64,000 bases of DNA from Anthoceros angustus (lineage: Eukaryota > Plantae > Anthocerotophyta), in contig VJWM01000107.1 in NCBI GenBank assembly GCA_010909165.1, forward strand, positions 868,001 through 932,000, written 5' to 3'. The notes beneath the pieces were generated by a model. The model was not told the origin of the DNA. It saw nothing but the letters and a program-made list of their open reading frames with translations, and searched no databases. The position numbers and the translations under genes are program-made. This document shows, one piece after another, positions 62,481 through 64,000 of the stretch. Each line of letters begins with the position of its first letter. The first letter of the stretch is position 1.

Positions 62481-63681
62481 GTCCTCAGGCCAAAAATCTT
62501 CAGAACTTGGGTCTAGTGCCTAAGCAGACGATGGGACATTCCACGATGAATCTCTTAGGTATATGGGAGAAAAAGCTTTTCTAAAAACATTTATGATAGG
62601 AATCTCTTTGATGAAATTTACTGGGTTTTCTCACTTGCCTATTCTGAAAGTCAGAATACCAAGTGTTTTGGATTTCCTCCTGCTGAGTTCCGTAAAGGGA
62701 AGGTCTTGGCGCGTAAGTAAAGGGAGGGTTTTATCATGTCGGAAGGAGGTGGTGCCGTGCCAAAACCGTAAACTCTGGCACGATTAGTTGGTGGTAGCAT
62801 TTGCGAGTAATCACACAGCCCTTGCCCCTGCCCCTGCCCCTGCCCATTGAATGTGCTACTAGTGCGTATGTGGACACATATGAAAATATTAATACTGATG
62901 CACAATTAGTTACTAGATGATGGTATTCCACCTCATATGTCTCTAGAGAGCTTTCCTCCCATTTCAAAAGATGTGTATATATAGAGAGTTTTAGTTTGGA
63001 GTATTATTTTCATTTTTACTATTTAATACTCAGATACATTTTTGAGAAAAAAGAACATAAGCTTTCATAGATGACATGAGTAAATTTTTATCGAAATTTA
63101 TGCTTACCAAGTAATTTTATGATAATATAAATATTATTATATATACTTGAAATATTATTTTAAATATTTATTAAATTAAATTACATAGTAATATATATTT
63201 TGGACCTTCATCTCCCCATAATTATTATAGTGATGTGGATTCTAAACATAGCTTTTCTACATTTTGGGGACGATTCATTCTTCTTTAGGTAAAAAAATTG
63301 CTCCATGACTTGGTACTTGGTGGTGGATGGGTGATCCCATCCCTGTGATGGAAATGTGAGTTGGATATGGAAAATATGAAATTGACATACCTGTAAAAAG
63401 GATGCATGGATAAAAATAAATTGAAAGCGGAAAGAAGGGAAATGGTTATTGGCAGAGACGGACTGCGCAAGAAGCAAGTGGCGTCCAGCTTGCCAGTGCC
63501 AACGCCGATGCCAATGCCGTACCTAACCGCAATGGGAACCAGTTACAGCAGGGGTCCAGGGAGCGGGGTTCCTAAAGGCCCGGTGGCGACTTTGACGGAA
63601 ACTGAAACCGAATGAGCGTGCACCATTTGCTGGCTTTGGAGGGAGGAGTTAGAACTTAAACCCTGGCTTGCCTGGACCTGG

Positions 63682-63682
<1 letters not shown>

Positions 63683-63715
<33 letters not shown>

Positions 63716-63747
63716 TTGCCTGTGCCTTTGCCTTTGCCTTTGCCTTT
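63683..63747. repeat. Compound hexamer microsatellite (CCTGAG)5 (CCTTTG)n
   Basis: Read directly at 63683-63747. Confidence 0.9.
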
Positions 63748-64000
63748 CCTGCTCATCTTCTTTGCCAGGCCCAAACCGAAACCGAATCCACGCGCTGAGC
63801 CTGCTCGGGCCGGCCATCTCATCTCCTCTCCACTCCAATTGCACCGGACTCTGCTCGCCCGCTCGCAGCAGCGCCAAAACCCTCGCTTGTCCCCTCCCCT
63901 GGCCTGCCAGCCTCCAGGCCGGGGGCGCTCCCCCCGCTTTCCCCCCGCGGGACGAAGGTTCGCGGCACGGGGCTGTGCGCTGCTCCGCCCGCCCCGCCCC

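Noticed and set aside
63656-63877. 73-aa minus ORF with RQRQ/RLRL runs
   Set aside because: Translation of the hexamer microsatellite; no other coding evidence.

Overview
Eukaryotic land-plant DNA with short GT-AG introns, about 50% GC and dense genes. A non-seed plant such as a hornwort or lycophyte is an inference only. Copy-specific 1-bp indels at homopolymers suggest unpolished long-read sequence. Bases 1-38979 are a head-to-tail array of six ~6.49-kb units plus a 65-bp stub; the left end lies outside the window. Each unit is a mosaic of host-gene pieces: a decayed PLS-type PPR fragment, seven 168-bp sub-repeats that each fold into an ungapped 39-bp stem/6-nt loop hairpin, a telo-box, a separate 26-bp-stem hairpin, a 434-bp copy of the upstream region of the neighbouring sugar transporter, and the truncated 5' half of a golgin candidate 2 (GC2)-like gene. 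The array ends at a perfect 28-bp palindrome. The single-copy region holds an intronless STP hexose/H+ symporter (+) and a multi-exon full-size ABCG/PDR transporter (-). It also holds a RING-less copine/vWA RGLG paralog (-), a complete RGLG RING E3 ligase (-) whose promoter and first exons are tandemly duplicated via 6-bp microhomology, and a single-exon RAD7-like LRR gene (+). The best candidate for an undescribed system is the amplified mosaic unit with 42 pre-miRNA-like hairpins. No transposase, rRNA, tRNA or CRISPR array was found.
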